From the sequence record MH051911: DNA of 50,354 bases. One strand, given 5' to 3'. The notes below the pieces were generated by a model. It did no database searches and was not told where the DNA came from. It saw only the letters and a list, made by a program, of their open reading frames with translations. The translations under genes and the position numbers were made by a program. Positions 9,274 to 17,119 of this stretch are shown here, in pieces (positions within the stretch are counted from its first letter, which is position 1; each line of letters begins with the position of its first letter). Origin of the DNA: Enterobacteria phage vB_EcoS_IME18.

Positions 9274-9720
9274 TTACCAGCAATCGACCTCGTAGTCAGC
9301 CCAAGCGTCAAAATCACTTTGGCAGAATGTGCCGCTATAATTTTCCATCATTTCATCGATCAGGAAGTAGCACGACTCACCGTTACGATAGAAGTATGAA
9401 TCAGCAACGTTACGCGCCCAGCGCCCAGCATCTTTCTTGCTCATCTTCCAGTATTTCATTGCAATTTTCTTGAATGCGCGAACAACGCGTTTGCGGATCT
9501 TTATATGCTTGTACACAGCGTTGCAGCCGTAGGCCATATATTCGTTATCGCCAAGATTCTGCATAATGTACGGATTTACTTCTCTTGACGTAATCATCAG
9601 ATCGCCATCGCCGCGACGCTCATCATAAATACTTGCTGTCATGTAGTGACCTCTGAACATTCCGATGCCGTGAAGAGTGTATTCATCGTTAGGCGTTTCA
9701 ATGCAAATTAAGTGTTTCAT
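9274..9720 (-). CDS. hypothetical protein
   Basis: Start reassigned to ATG 9718-9720 with SD GAGGAAG; 148 aa. Confidence 0.5.
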   Translation of the reverse strand: MKHLICIETPNDEYTLHGIGMFRGHYMTASIYDERRGDGDLMITSREVNPYIMQNLGDNEYMAYGCNAVYKHIKIRKRVVRAFKKIAMKYWKMSKKDAGRWARNVADSYFYRNGESCYFLIDEMMENYSGTFCQSDFDAWADYEVDCW

Positions 9721-9777
9721 TAGTGCTTCCTCGTTTGTTGGTGTAGGGGAATCATAGCGCATTCCCCTTGATAGGTT

Positions 9778-9996
9778 TTAGCAATTCGTGCTATTCGTTT
9801 TAATAGTAATGCAAAAATAATTTTTTAAGCACGTCACCACGCGCGCTGAATCGACTTGTGGGAGCCTTAAAACCTCGCTGACCAATTGCACTGCCGACAC
9901 CTCAGATTTGTAGTAGTGGGCGATTCTGGAGCTATTTGGGCGCATTCCTTCCACTGCGTCGCGTGCTGCATCTTCTGCTGTCATGATAGTAGCCAT
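9778..9996 (-). CDS. questionable ORF, hypothetical
   Basis: 72-aa ORF whose 3' end reads through the palindromic box; weak SD; may be non-coding. Confidence 0.25.
   Translation of the reverse strand: MATIMTAEDAARDAVEGMRPNSSRIAHYYKSEVSAVQLVSEVLRLPQVDSARVVTCLKNYFCITIKTNSTNC
9779..9793 (-). promoter_or_regulatory. palindromic box TAGCA-N5-TGCTA (promoter-associated)
   Basis: TAGCAATTCGTGCTA; TATGAT 22 nt downstream on minus strand. Confidence 0.55.
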
Positions 9997-10103
9997 AAAA
10001 CACCCTTAAGAGATAATGTCAGGATCAGGAGGCAAAATAGCAACTCCTGAAATGATGGCGGCTCGTTATTCCAGTTAGAAAAGTCTGGCATAGTTCTTTC
10101 TCC

Positions 10104-10137
10104 AAAAGAAAGGGGAACCGCTCAGAGCCGATTCCCC
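10104..10137 (-). terminator. intrinsic terminator
   Basis: Stem GGGGAA/TTCCCC with A-rich run upstream on plus (U-rich on minus transcript); downstream of gene 10145..10783. Confidence 0.45.
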
Positions 10138-10144
10138 GTTAAAA

Positions 10145-10783
10145 TTACATGATGAACATCAGCGAAATCGAAGCTACCAGGAGAACAAGCGCAACAGCCA
10201 GGCCGGATAAATCCGCTTTCTCTTCAAACTTCAATGCTGGCTTGCGGTCAACTTGTGACGCCTTGACGCTGTGGATCTTGTTTGCTGCAACCTTGCCTTT
10301 AACGCAGAAAGTGCGCTTACGCTTCTTGCCGAACGTTGCAAACTTAGTGCCGCCGCTATTCCATCTCAGACCTTCGCCATTGTGCGTTACGGTAGCAATG
10401 CGGTGACGCCCCGTGTCGTCAGTAAGCGCTACAGTGTGTTTTGCGTTCTCGGTCGGCGCTTCGTAAATATTGCCAACAGTAAATTTTTTGGTGTTATCGC
10501 TGATACATTCGAATTTCATAAATTTTACCTCTTTATTATGCAGTTGGTTGATTGCTTCGATTACGTCGTTAAATTTAACACCATCCACGATTCGATGGAA
10601 GATGTATTTTGAACTATTGCCATACGGCAGGAATATCTCCTGGTATTCGTGACGACGGACAATGTTCACGTTGCAACCGTTCTCATCAGTAATGATGAAG
10701 CTGTCATCATTTACGCGAACACCTTTGTAAGTTTTTCCCCACTTAAAACCAGATCCGCTACTTGATACGCACTCAAATTTCAT
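10145..10783 (-). CDS. membrane-anchored protein with tandemly duplicated domain
   Basis: Two internal repeats each starting MKFEC(V/I)S...; C-terminal hydrophobic segment LSGLAVALVLLVASISLMFIM. Confidence 0.5.
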   Translation of the reverse strand: MKFECVSSSGSGFKWGKTYKGVRVNDDSFIITDENGCNVNIVRRHEYQEIFLPYGNSSKYIFHRIVDGVKFNDVIEAINQLHNKEVKFMKFECISDNTKKFTVGNIYEAPTENAKHTVALTDDTGRHRIATVTHNGEGLRWNSGGTKFATFGKKRKRTFCVKGKVAANKIHSVKASQVDRKPALKFEEKADLSGLAVALVLLVASISLMFIM

Positions 10784-11067
10784 GGTCTAACCTTCCTGTA
10801 AGGCTTGATTGATAACATCACGTATTGCGTGAAGTCGCATCCTTGATCGTCATACCCGCGATTGATGTATGGCGTCACGTCTGTAACATCGGACACCCTG
10901 GCGTGAACTTCCCACCCGGTAAACTCGTCACGTTCGAACTCGCGTAGCTCAAGGATATCACCAACCTGGAAGTTTCGGTCATTGACGCGGAACTCTGCCG
11001 TTTTGGTTCCGTTCATTACACCAATGAAATGTACCGGGGCGATTTTTAACTTATGAGTTTTGCTCAT
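10780..11067 (-). CDS. hypothetical protein (possible ASCH/DUF3850-like fold)
   Basis: 95-aa ORF, SD GAGGTAAAG; family assignment is tentative recollection. Confidence 0.45.
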   Translation of the reverse strand: MSKTHKLKIAPVHFIGVMNGTKTAEFRVNDRNFQVGDILELREFERDEFTGWEVHARVSDVTDVTPYINRGYDDQGCDFTQYVMLSIKPYRKVRP

Positions 11068-11257
11068 CTTTCTTTACCTCAAATGTCACGTTCCAGAATT
11101 TATTGCCGCATGAATGATAGATTACGTCCTGAGATGTTAGTTCGTGCAATGCGTGCCCGATAATCTCCATTCGGTCATTCGGCGCCAGTCCACGAAGTGA
11201 TTCGCGTAGGCGTGATGCCTTGTCGTAAATCTGCCACTGCGTGAGTCGTGTATCCAT
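11051..11257 (-). CDS. hypothetical protein
   Basis: Start reassigned to ATG 11255-11257 with SD AGAGGA in conserved CCAATCAGAGGA context. Confidence 0.45.
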   Translation of the reverse strand: MDTRLTQWQIYDKASRLRESLRGLAPNDRMEIIGHALHELTSQDVIYHSCGNKFWNVTFEVKKDEQNS

Positions 11258-11325
11258 AGCTGATTCCTCTGATTGGTTGCTCTGCTTCAATAAGGCCACT
11301 ATATCAAATGGCCTTGCGGAAGGTT

Positions 11326-11340
11326 TAGCAATTCGTGCTA
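11326..11340 (-). promoter_or_regulatory. palindromic box TAGCA-N5-TGCTA (promoter-associated)
   Basis: TAGCAATTCGTGCTA; TATAGT 22 nt downstream on minus strand. Confidence 0.6.
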
Positions 11341-11487
11341 TCGTTTAACGCACATTGTTTTAACTTCGTACCCGAACGGCTTATTCTCTGCAATTACTTC
11401 CCGCGCCTTGTTGCATGATTGCTGACTTTCCATGTATACGTGATCAGGCCCGGTACTCATCAAGATAATCAAGATCCACGCAGCCAT
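11338..11487 (-). CDS. hypothetical small protein (49 aa) with hydrophobic N-terminus
   Basis: ATG overlaps upstream stop (TAATG); stop TAG lies inside box; not in ORF track. Confidence 0.4.
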   Translation of the reverse strand: MAAWILIILMSTGPDHVYMESQQSCNKAREVIAENKPFGYEVKTMCVKR

Positions 11488-11993
11488 TATTTCACCTCAT
11501 AGCGTACAAGCGTTCCGCGCTTAATGCTGATTTCACCTGATACCGTTTTGTGCTTAAAGCTGCCGTAATGCAATAGGAGAATCACTACATCATCATGCAC
11601 CTCAATAGTTTTAGGTGTGGCGGTAATCTCGGTCCAGGATTCGCTATCAAGTTGGACGCCCTTTATCGTAGCGCTCAATGGCATGTTCTCGATCTGAGTG
11701 CATTGTAACATCGGTTTAATTTCTGGCTTTGCGGTGTTGAAGATGGATCGATCAGTTTTCCAACCATCACACTTTCCGTACACATCCTGACTACCACTAA
11801 TAATGTAATGGTAATCCTTCTTGGCTGAGTTTTCAGGATTTACTTCATTGTGCCGATTGATAAACCAATCCAACTTAAGTTGAGACACCTCATCAGTGGC
11901 ACACTTGCCTTTATCTTCACTGGTGAATGTAATTTCACCGCAACCCAGGCTGATAAATTTAATCGGGAATTTTACGTCTTCTAATTTTAACAT
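11487..11993 (-). CDS. hypothetical protein
   Basis: 168-aa ORF with SD AGAGGA. Confidence 0.55.
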   Translation of the reverse strand: MLKLEDVKFPIKFISLGCGEITFTSEDKGKCATDEVSQLKLDWFINRHNEVNPENSAKKDYHYIISGSQDVYGKCDGWKTDRSIFNTAKPEIKPMLQCTQIENMPLSATIKGVQLDSESWTEITATPKTIEVHDDVVILLLHYGSFKHKTVSGEISIKRGTLVRYEVK

Positions 11994-12051
11994 GATGCTT
12001 TCCTCTTAGTGGTTTATGCGGGGATTATACCATTCAGGACAAATCCCCTTT

Positions 12052-12067
12052 TAACAATTCGTTCTTA
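12052..12067 (-). promoter_or_regulatory. degenerate palindromic box with consensus -10
   Basis: TAACAATTCGTTCTTA; on minus strand TATAAT exactly 22 nt downstream. Confidence 0.5.
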
Positions 12068-12553
12068 GTAAACTAACTCACACTCAATATCGAACGGCTC
12101 TGGATCTCGATGGAAGAAGCAAAGTGCCTCTTTATTCATACCTCCCACAAATCCAACAGCATGAAGCTGTTCACCGTTGATATAAGCTAAGTGCGCGGTG
12201 ATTTCTTCAAAGTCAACGATAACCGGGAACGTGCGATTCTCATAACCTTGACGCATCGGGTAGCCGCCATTACTGAGAAGACGAACCTTGCGAGGCTTGA
12301 TGTTTGCCTGCACTTCCCAATCAAAAAAGAACATCGTTCCGTCCTTCTCGTTGAAGTCTGCCGGGCCGAATACAGGGCTAACAGAAAGTCCGTAGTCAAG
12401 ATCGTACACGCCAGCTTTAACAAGATCGTCAACCTTAACGCGGTAGCCTCCAGTGCTGGAATCGCACTTAACCGCATCAACCACGATATGGTCGGCTTCA
12501 AGGTCGCGGGTGAATCCCTTGTAACCACCAGTGCAAAGTAATTTGATTTTCAT
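12065..12553 (-). CDS. hypothetical protein (MKIKLLCTGG family paralog)
   Basis: 162-aa ORF, SD GAGGA; N-terminus resembles 10145 and 18760 products. Confidence 0.55.
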   Translation of the reverse strand: MKIKLLCTGGYKGFTRDLEADHIVVDAVKCDSSTGGYRVKVDDLVKAGVYDLDYGLSVSPVFGPADFNEKDGTMFFFDWEVQANIKPRKVRLLSNGGYPMRQGYENRTFPVIVDFEEITAHLAYINGEQLHAVGFVGGMNKEALCFFHRDPEPFDIECELVY

Positions 12554-12612
12554 GCTATCGTCCTCGTTCGTTGTCGATGGGGTTACTATATCGCAACCCC
12601 TGAGTTGAGTTT

Positions 12613-12627
12613 TAACAAAAAGTGCTA
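12613..12627 (-). promoter_or_regulatory. palindromic box (promoter-associated)
   Basis: TAACAAAAAGTGCTA; TATAGT 22 nt downstream on minus strand. Confidence 0.6.
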
Positions 12628-12816
12628 TTCTTTAATTTCGAAGCAATCGGTGTCTTCGTCGAATATCCAGGGGTCGCCGTTATCATCAAGTAATGAGATA
12701 TTCCCGAAGCTGGTTAGCGATGCACTATAAGGCTTGTCAACGGTAAAGCACTCTTTAACTTCCTCGTAATCACTGCCTTTGAATACTGCAATCATTTGGT
12801 GCATAAAATCAGCCAT
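12625..12816 (-). CDS. hypothetical protein
   Basis: 63-aa ORF. Confidence 0.4.
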   Translation of the reverse strand: MADFMHQMIAVFKGSDYEEVKECFTVDKPYSASLTSFGNISLLDDNGDPWIFDEDTDCFEIKE

Positions 12817-12825
12817 TGTTAAATC

Positions 12826-12999
12826 CTATTCGCAAGTGATTTCATTTGATGTGATTGGTAGCAATACGTTACCAACCATCACGAAAGTAGTAACCTGGTT
12901 CCCGGTTTCATTGCATCGCTCTTTGACCTCGTCGCAGCCGGACACTACCAGGATAGCCAGGGCGACAGCCGCCATCATGCAGATCAGAATGCGCATCAT
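12826..12999 (-). CDS. small lipoprotein, hypothetical
   Basis: Start reassigned to ATG 12997-12999 (SD GGGAG); signal MMRILICMMAAVALAILVVSGC with lipobox-like VSGC. Confidence 0.45.
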   Translation of the reverse strand: MMRILICMMAAVALAILVVSGCDEVKERCNETGNQVTTFVMVGNVLLPITSNEITCE

Positions 13000-13106
13000 T
13001 CGAACGCTCCCGCACACAGTAGTAACATGATTACGATCCCAACAATGGCATGACCCATGCAGAAGAACCAGACGGCAGACCATAGAGCTATTGTATTGAA
13101 GTTCAT
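12996..13106 (-). CDS. small hydrophobic peptide (36 aa), hypothetical
   Basis: ATG overlaps upstream stop (ATGA) and its stop overlaps lipoprotein start; predicted membrane peptide; not in ORF track. Confidence 0.3.
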   Translation of the reverse strand: MNFNTIALWSAVWFFCMGHAIVGIVIMLLLCAGAFE

Positions 13107-13330
13107 TTTAGTACCTCGATCTTGTTGTCGCCGATTGAGTTTTCTACTACCGATTGCGGGTCGTCTCCAGGGACGCGCATGTAGAAATTACTCACTGCTG
13201 TGAAGTTCCATTGACCTCGCCACTTGAAATATAATCCGTGTTTTGCGCCCTTCGCGTAATGAGTGGATTTAGCAGGGATCATGTGCCCGTTGACTCGGGT
13301 CAGTTTGGTTAGGTTACTGTAACGTGGCAT
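13103..13330 (-). CDS. hypothetical protein
   Basis: 75-aa ORF with SD GAGGA. Confidence 0.5.
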   Translation of the reverse strand: MPRYSNLTKLTRVNGHMIPAKSTHYAKGAKHGLYFKWRGQWNFTAVSNFYMRVPGDDPQSVVENSIGDNKIEVLK

Positions 13331-13336
13331 GATTAT

Positions 13337-13600
13337 TTATTCCTCAATTAAAGTGCTGATATCGTCATATCCCTGAAATTCACCATTCCAGATCAAGAAG
13401 CTCGTTACGCCCTCAATCTCAATCCACTTGCCATTCTCCTCGCGATATTCCTTGTAAATGTATGGGGAAGGCTCAATCACTGCATAGCGGCGATACTGCA
13501 AGCCACCATTGATGCTTGAGCAGTAGCGAGCAATGAAAATCGCGTGTTGCTTGTTGTGGCGAGTAGCTTCAATTGCGTTGCGATTCTTGACTATAGACAT
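13337..13600 (-). CDS. hypothetical protein
   Basis: Start reassigned to ATG 13598-13600 with SD AGAGGA in CCAATCAGAGGA context. Confidence 0.5.
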   Translation of the reverse strand: MSIVKNRNAIEATRHNKQHAIFIARYCSSINGGLQYRRYAVIEPSPYIYKEYREENGKWIEIEGVTSFLIWNGEFQGYDDISTLIEE

Positions 13601-13666
13601 GGTGATTCCTCTGATTGGCATCTCGTTTCAATGGTGTAACTATATCAAGATACCCCGATCCGGTTT

Positions 13667-13681
13667 TAACAATTCGTGCTA
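13667..13681 (-). promoter_or_regulatory. palindromic box (promoter-associated)
   Basis: TAACAATTCGTGCTA; TATAGT 22 nt downstream on minus strand. Confidence 0.6.
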
Positions 13682-14149
13682 TTTGGTGAGATATTTCACA
13701 CGGCTTCCGGCAGTCTCATTCCAGCCATCCTCAAAGAATACGCTATAGCAAGTTGTCGAACGCTGGCGAACCTTCGACACAGTGCGCCACACTTTACGGC
13801 CCGAGTAACCAGTCAGCACACGCATCCCTGGCAACAACTCACCAGACTTTCTCACCTTAATGGCAACATCAGCATCAAGCTCGAACGACTCAAGATAGAC
13901 CGGGTTAATCATATTGCACATGCGGCGCTCTTCGTGCTCATCTGCCCACTCGCAGCCATTGTTCGTCTTGATAGCTCCAATGAAGCAACCCAGTTTTTCA
14001 GTAAGTGAGCCTGCGCGGTATGAGTTGATATCGATGACCGTGTAATGGCTATACATATGCCAGTGCAATCCGGTTTTGTGCTCAAACGCGAAGAATGACA
14101 TTTCGCCATCAACCTCATCTTTAGCCAGAAATACGGTAATTGTCGTCAT
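13679..14149 (-). CDS. hypothetical protein
   Basis: 156-aa ORF; stop TAG inside box. Confidence 0.55.
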   Translation of the reverse strand: MTTITVFLAKDEVDGEMSFFAFEHKTGLHWHMYSHYTVIDINSYRAGSLTEKLGCFIGAIKTNNGCEWADEHEERRMCNMINPVYLESFELDADVAIKVRKSGELLPGMRVLTGYSGRKVWRTVSKVRQRSTTCYSVFFEDGWNETAGSRVKYLTK

Positions 14150-14151
14150 GA

Positions 14152-14346
14152 TTAAGCCTCGGAAAAATAAGTGTTAAATCCTTTGAGTTTGTAGTCGCTG
14201 CCGACGCGCACCACGTTCCAGGTAAGACCAGAGTGATACGCAACCATATCCTCAAGGTCGATCGTGATTTCGGTTCCCTTCTTGAACAGACCCTTTTCAT
14301 GAGTTGAGTCTCGCTGAACAACCACTACGTCAATTTGCGTTTCCAT
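14152..14346 (-). CDS. hypothetical protein
   Basis: Start reassigned to ATG 14344-14346 with SD AGAGGA. Confidence 0.45.
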   Translation of the reverse strand: METQIDVVVVQRDSTHEKGLFKKGTEITIDLEDMVAYHSGLTWNVVRVGSDYKLKGFNTYFSEA

Positions 14347-14406
14347 CTTTGTTTCCTCTGTATCGTGTCGATGAAAAGATAATACCCGATCCGCTCGACC
14401 GGGATT

Positions 14407-14421
14407 TAACAAAAAGTGCTA
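14407..14421 (-). promoter_or_regulatory. palindromic box (promoter-associated)
   Basis: TAACAAAAAGTGCTA; TATTAT 22 nt downstream on minus strand. Confidence 0.55.
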
Positions 14422-14679
14422 TTTCATCAAAGTGAAGCAGCGAATTTTATTTGGCTTGAATAGGAATAGCTGGATGCCTTGCACCTTACCAAGACTTATC
14501 ATCTCTACGCCAAACTGTTTACGCACATACCGAACCAGCTCATCAGCTGGCGAACTCATCTGTAGGCCGAGTCTATAGAAGCCGACGAACCCGAATGTCT
14601 CGGGGTTAAGCTGGAATGCTTCGCCTGGATTTAGTTGCATCAATACACCTTTCAGGGCGTCATGATTAATCTTGCTCAT
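14419..14679 (-). CDS. hypothetical protein
   Basis: Start chosen at ATG 14677-14679 with SD AAGGAG spacer 8. Confidence 0.45.
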   Translation of the reverse strand: MSKINHDALKGVLMQLNPGEAFQLNPETFGFVGFYRLGLQMSSPADELVRYVRKQFGVEMISLGKVQGIQLFLFKPNKIRCFTLMK

Positions 14680-14691
14680 AACCATCTCTCC

Positions 14692-15207
14692 TTACAATCC
14701 ACATTTCTCAATATGCGCTTTCATCTGGCGCACGATCTCATTTACATCACGAACCATTAACTCGCTATCGCCCAGCTTGCTAACATCAACGTCAAACGAA
14801 TCGAGGCAATCAGTCAGGCTAACTTTCTTCCGGCTGCGGCGCTTCTTCACCGGAACCTCTTCGTCTGTAACGATAACGGTTATCATCGTGATTGCCGCGT
14901 CATTCCGGCCTACCTTCACCTTTGCCACCTTGCCATACTTACAGAAGTGCCTGGTAATGATCGGAGTGATGAAAGCGGACTTGAATCGCTTCTCTACCTC
15001 CCCCTGGTTCTGGTCCACCCATCCGGCAGCGGCAGATTCAAGATCGCTATCGCTTACCTCCTGGTCACGGAAGTAGAATCGCGCGGCTTCGAGGGCCATA
15101 TCATCAGCCACGAAAGAGAACTCATTCATGCCTTTGTCGCGATACATTGCATCGCAGGTTAGTCGAATCATATCGGTGATTTTTAATTCCTGATTGGTGT
15201 TGCTCAT
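14692..15207 (-). CDS. hypothetical protein
   Basis: 171-aa ORF, SD AGAGGG; first gene of minus-strand early block. Confidence 0.55.
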   Translation of the reverse strand: MSNTNQELKITDMIRLTCDAMYRDKGMNEFSFVADDMALEAARFYFRDQEVSDSDLESAAAGWVDQNQGEVEKRFKSAFITPIITRHFCKYGKVAKVKVGRNDAAITMITVIVTDEEVPVKKRRSRKKVSLTDCLDSFDVDVSKLGDSELMVRDVNEIVRQMKAHIEKCGL

Positions 15208-15611
15208 AATATACCCTCTTTGTCTATTCGTGTGTAAATGGTGTCATAATGTGTCAACAATTGCCATTGTGACATTGCGATGTAGAGCTGTCAATGCCTG
15301 CGAGCCAATTTTAAGCCGTGTAACATTTGTCTAGCTGTCTAGAGTCACTATAGAAATATATAGCTCTCAAAAAAGTACTGTATATATAAACATGCAGATA
15401 GAAATATGCCAACAGTACGCCAGACAATGTAAGACAACTATACACAACTATTACAATATAATTATCTATATATATAAATAAAAAAAACACTATATATATT
15501 ATATAGATACATATATCTATATGTATATTTAGAGGCGTCACAGTGTGTAATTTTGTCACAAGTGCGATTCTAGACAAATATTACATCCGTGACAAGTTAA
15601 AGTGTAATCGA

Positions 15612-15626
15612 TAGCACTTTTTGCTA
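15612..15626 (+). promoter_or_regulatory. palindromic box TAGCA-N5-TGCTA
   Basis: TAGCACTTTTTGCTA inside control region; no good -10 at +22. Confidence 0.4.
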
Positions 15627-15816
15627 AAAATGGAGATGACTACCAGGCGAACTGGGCAACACCAGATCATCCCTCTCACAATCATTGCAATCTCAGCAAC
15701 AAATCAACCAACTGTTGCACACCATGCAATAATCACGTTTCATCATTTGCAATCAATCGCAATCAGAATTATTCCACCTATTCCGATATTGATGGAATAA
15801 TGAGCAATTATTGGAA

Positions 15817-15831
15817 TAGCATTTTTTGCTA
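15817..15831 (+). promoter_or_regulatory. palindromic box (promoter-associated)
   Basis: TAGCATTTTTTGCTA with TATGGT-like hexamer about 22-23 nt downstream; upstream of 15895 gene. Confidence 0.45.
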
Positions 15832-15894
15832 ATGACTCGATCAGGTTGTCGGGGTATGGTTCTGGCCATCAACCAATCAGAAGAGGAAGCAGCA

Positions 15895-16512
15895 ATGAAG
15901 TTAATTTGGTCACTATTCGACGGTTCCGGTCTTGCGGGTCATGAACTGGCAAAGCAAGGTCACAAGGTGATGTGCTTCAACTTTGACGGAGCAGATCACG
16001 GAGATTACGCAAAGTACAATGCCCGGGTTGAGCATCCGAACATTGAGTATGTGAACGTGTTCATTGATGCAACGTTTGAGCGTGATGCGATCGCGGGTGT
16101 GTATGGCAAGCCGGATTTTATTATGGCCTTCCCTCCTTGCACTGACCTGGCTGTTAGTGGTGCTCGTCACTTTGCAAGCAAGCGTGAGCGCGATCCGTTA
16201 TTCCAGGAGAAAGCTGTTGCCACCGCTAGGATTGCTGCGAATATTGGCGACGCCCTGGGAGTGACTTACATCATTGAGAATCCGGTGAGCGTCCTGTCAT
16301 CTGCCTGGAGAAAACCAGATCACTCCTTCAATCCCTGGGAGTATGGCGGCTACCTTCCTGAGAATGACGCACATCCCTGGTTCCCGATGTATATTGCGCC
16401 GCGCGATGCTTACCCGAAGAAAACTTGTCTTTGGACCTCTGACGATTTTGTCATGCCAGAGAAAAAACCTGTAACCTGCCTGACGGGTACTCTGCACAGC
16501 ACAGCAAGCTAG
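15895..16512 (+). CDS. short C5-cytosine methyltransferase-like protein
   Basis: Start reassigned to ATG 15895 (SD AGAGGAAG); motif I-like LFDGSGLAG, PC motif FPPCTD, ENV-like IIENPVSV; only about 205 aa, no obvious target-recognition domain. Confidence 0.5.
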   Translation: MKLIWSLFDGSGLAGHELAKQGHKVMCFNFDGADHGDYAKYNARVEHPNIEYVNVFIDATFERDAIAGVYGKPDFIMAFPPCTDLAVSGARHFASKRERDPLFQEKAVATARIAANIGDALGVTYIIENPVSVLSSAWRKPDHSFNPWEYGGYLPENDAHPWFPMYIAPRDAYPKKTCLWTSDDFVMPEKKPVTCLTGTLHSTAS

Positions 16513-16582
16513 GCGGCAAGTCCGCCAAAACAAAACTGATACGATCCCTGTCGCCGCGTGGATTTTTCAAAGCGATCGCAAA

Positions 16583-16597
16583 TAGCACTTTTTGTTA
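16583..16597 (+). promoter_or_regulatory. palindromic box (promoter-associated)
   Basis: TAGCACTTTTTGTTA; CATAAT 22 nt downstream. Confidence 0.6.
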
Positions 16598-16658
16598 AAA
16601 CTCGATCTGTGCGATTTGGCATAATTACCTCATCGAAACGAGATTGAGGAAAAACAAA

Positions 16659-16844
16659 ATGGCACGTCGCATCACTAAAGACCTTAAAATTCTGAACAAA
16701 GAAAACGTAGTTAAAATCCTGGCTATTTGGGGATACAGCGAAGAGTCAGCAAAGCAGAAGGTAGAGGCTGGTTATGACCTGGCTGTCAAGGCGATGCCTA
16801 ACGACGACGCAAAAGGCATTGCAAACTATGTAGCATTCTTTTAA
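16659..16844 (+). CDS. hypothetical protein
   Basis: Start reassigned to ATG 16659 with SD GAGGA. Confidence 0.45.
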   Translation: MARRITKDLKILNKENVVKILAIWGYSEESAKQKVEAGYDLAVKAMPNDDAKGIANYVAFF

Positions 16845-16859
16845 TTAACTGGCTAACAA

Positions 16860-17045
16860 ATGAAAACGAAATTAGTGCATAAATCAGAAATCAAGATCGG
16901 CGATACTGTTATTCACAACGGAGAGCTTAGAACAGTTGGTAAGGAGTCGATAACCAAAGATGAATTTATGGGGTTATTGTTGTTCGGCGACTCCTATCGC
17001 CTGGGGTACAAATTTGTCGAGCTTGTTGAAGATGTAAAATTCTAA
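16860..17045 (+). CDS. hypothetical protein
   Basis: 61-aa ORF; stop followed directly by box. Confidence 0.4.
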   Translation: MKTKLVHKSEIKIGDTVIHNGELRTVGKESITKDEFMGLLLFGDSYRLGYKFVELVEDVKF

Positions 17046-17046
17046 A

Positions 17047-17060
17047 TAGCACTTTTGTTA
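17047..17060 (+). promoter_or_regulatory. palindromic box (promoter-associated)
   Basis: TAGCACTTTTGTTA (N4 spacer); TATAGT 22 nt downstream. Confidence 0.6.
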
Positions 17061-17119
17061 AGCGCGCACACGGGGTGGCTGGTATAGTCATCACATCAAC
17101 AGCAAACGAGGAAAGAATC

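Larger units (their letters stand above)
15208..15894. promoter_or_regulatory. large AT-rich divergent control region with repeats (candidate early promoters and/or origin)
   Basis: About 690 bp without convincing ORF; alternating AT tracts, GTCACAAGT/GTGACAAGT direct repeats, four GCAATC repeats, 9-bp inverted repeat ATTATTCCA/TGGAATAAT, two box copies. Confidence 0.5.

Noticed and set aside
12826-13106. Membrane peptide plus lipoprotein pair as a two-component spanin
   Set aside because: A complete lysis cassette with a unimolecular spanin exists at 21651..22818; the peptide is too short for an i-spanin and no holin or endolysin is adjacent.
13679-14149. Possible 2H-phosphoesterase (HxT motifs) in a 156-aa early protein
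   Set aside because: Only one HxT-like cluster (HWHMYSHYTV) is present and no second motif at the expected spacing.
15311-15577. 88-aa minus-strand ORF inside the AT-rich control region
   Set aside because: Product is low-complexity Ile/Tyr/Phe-rich, encoded by alternating AT repeats, with no RBS; almost certainly non-coding.
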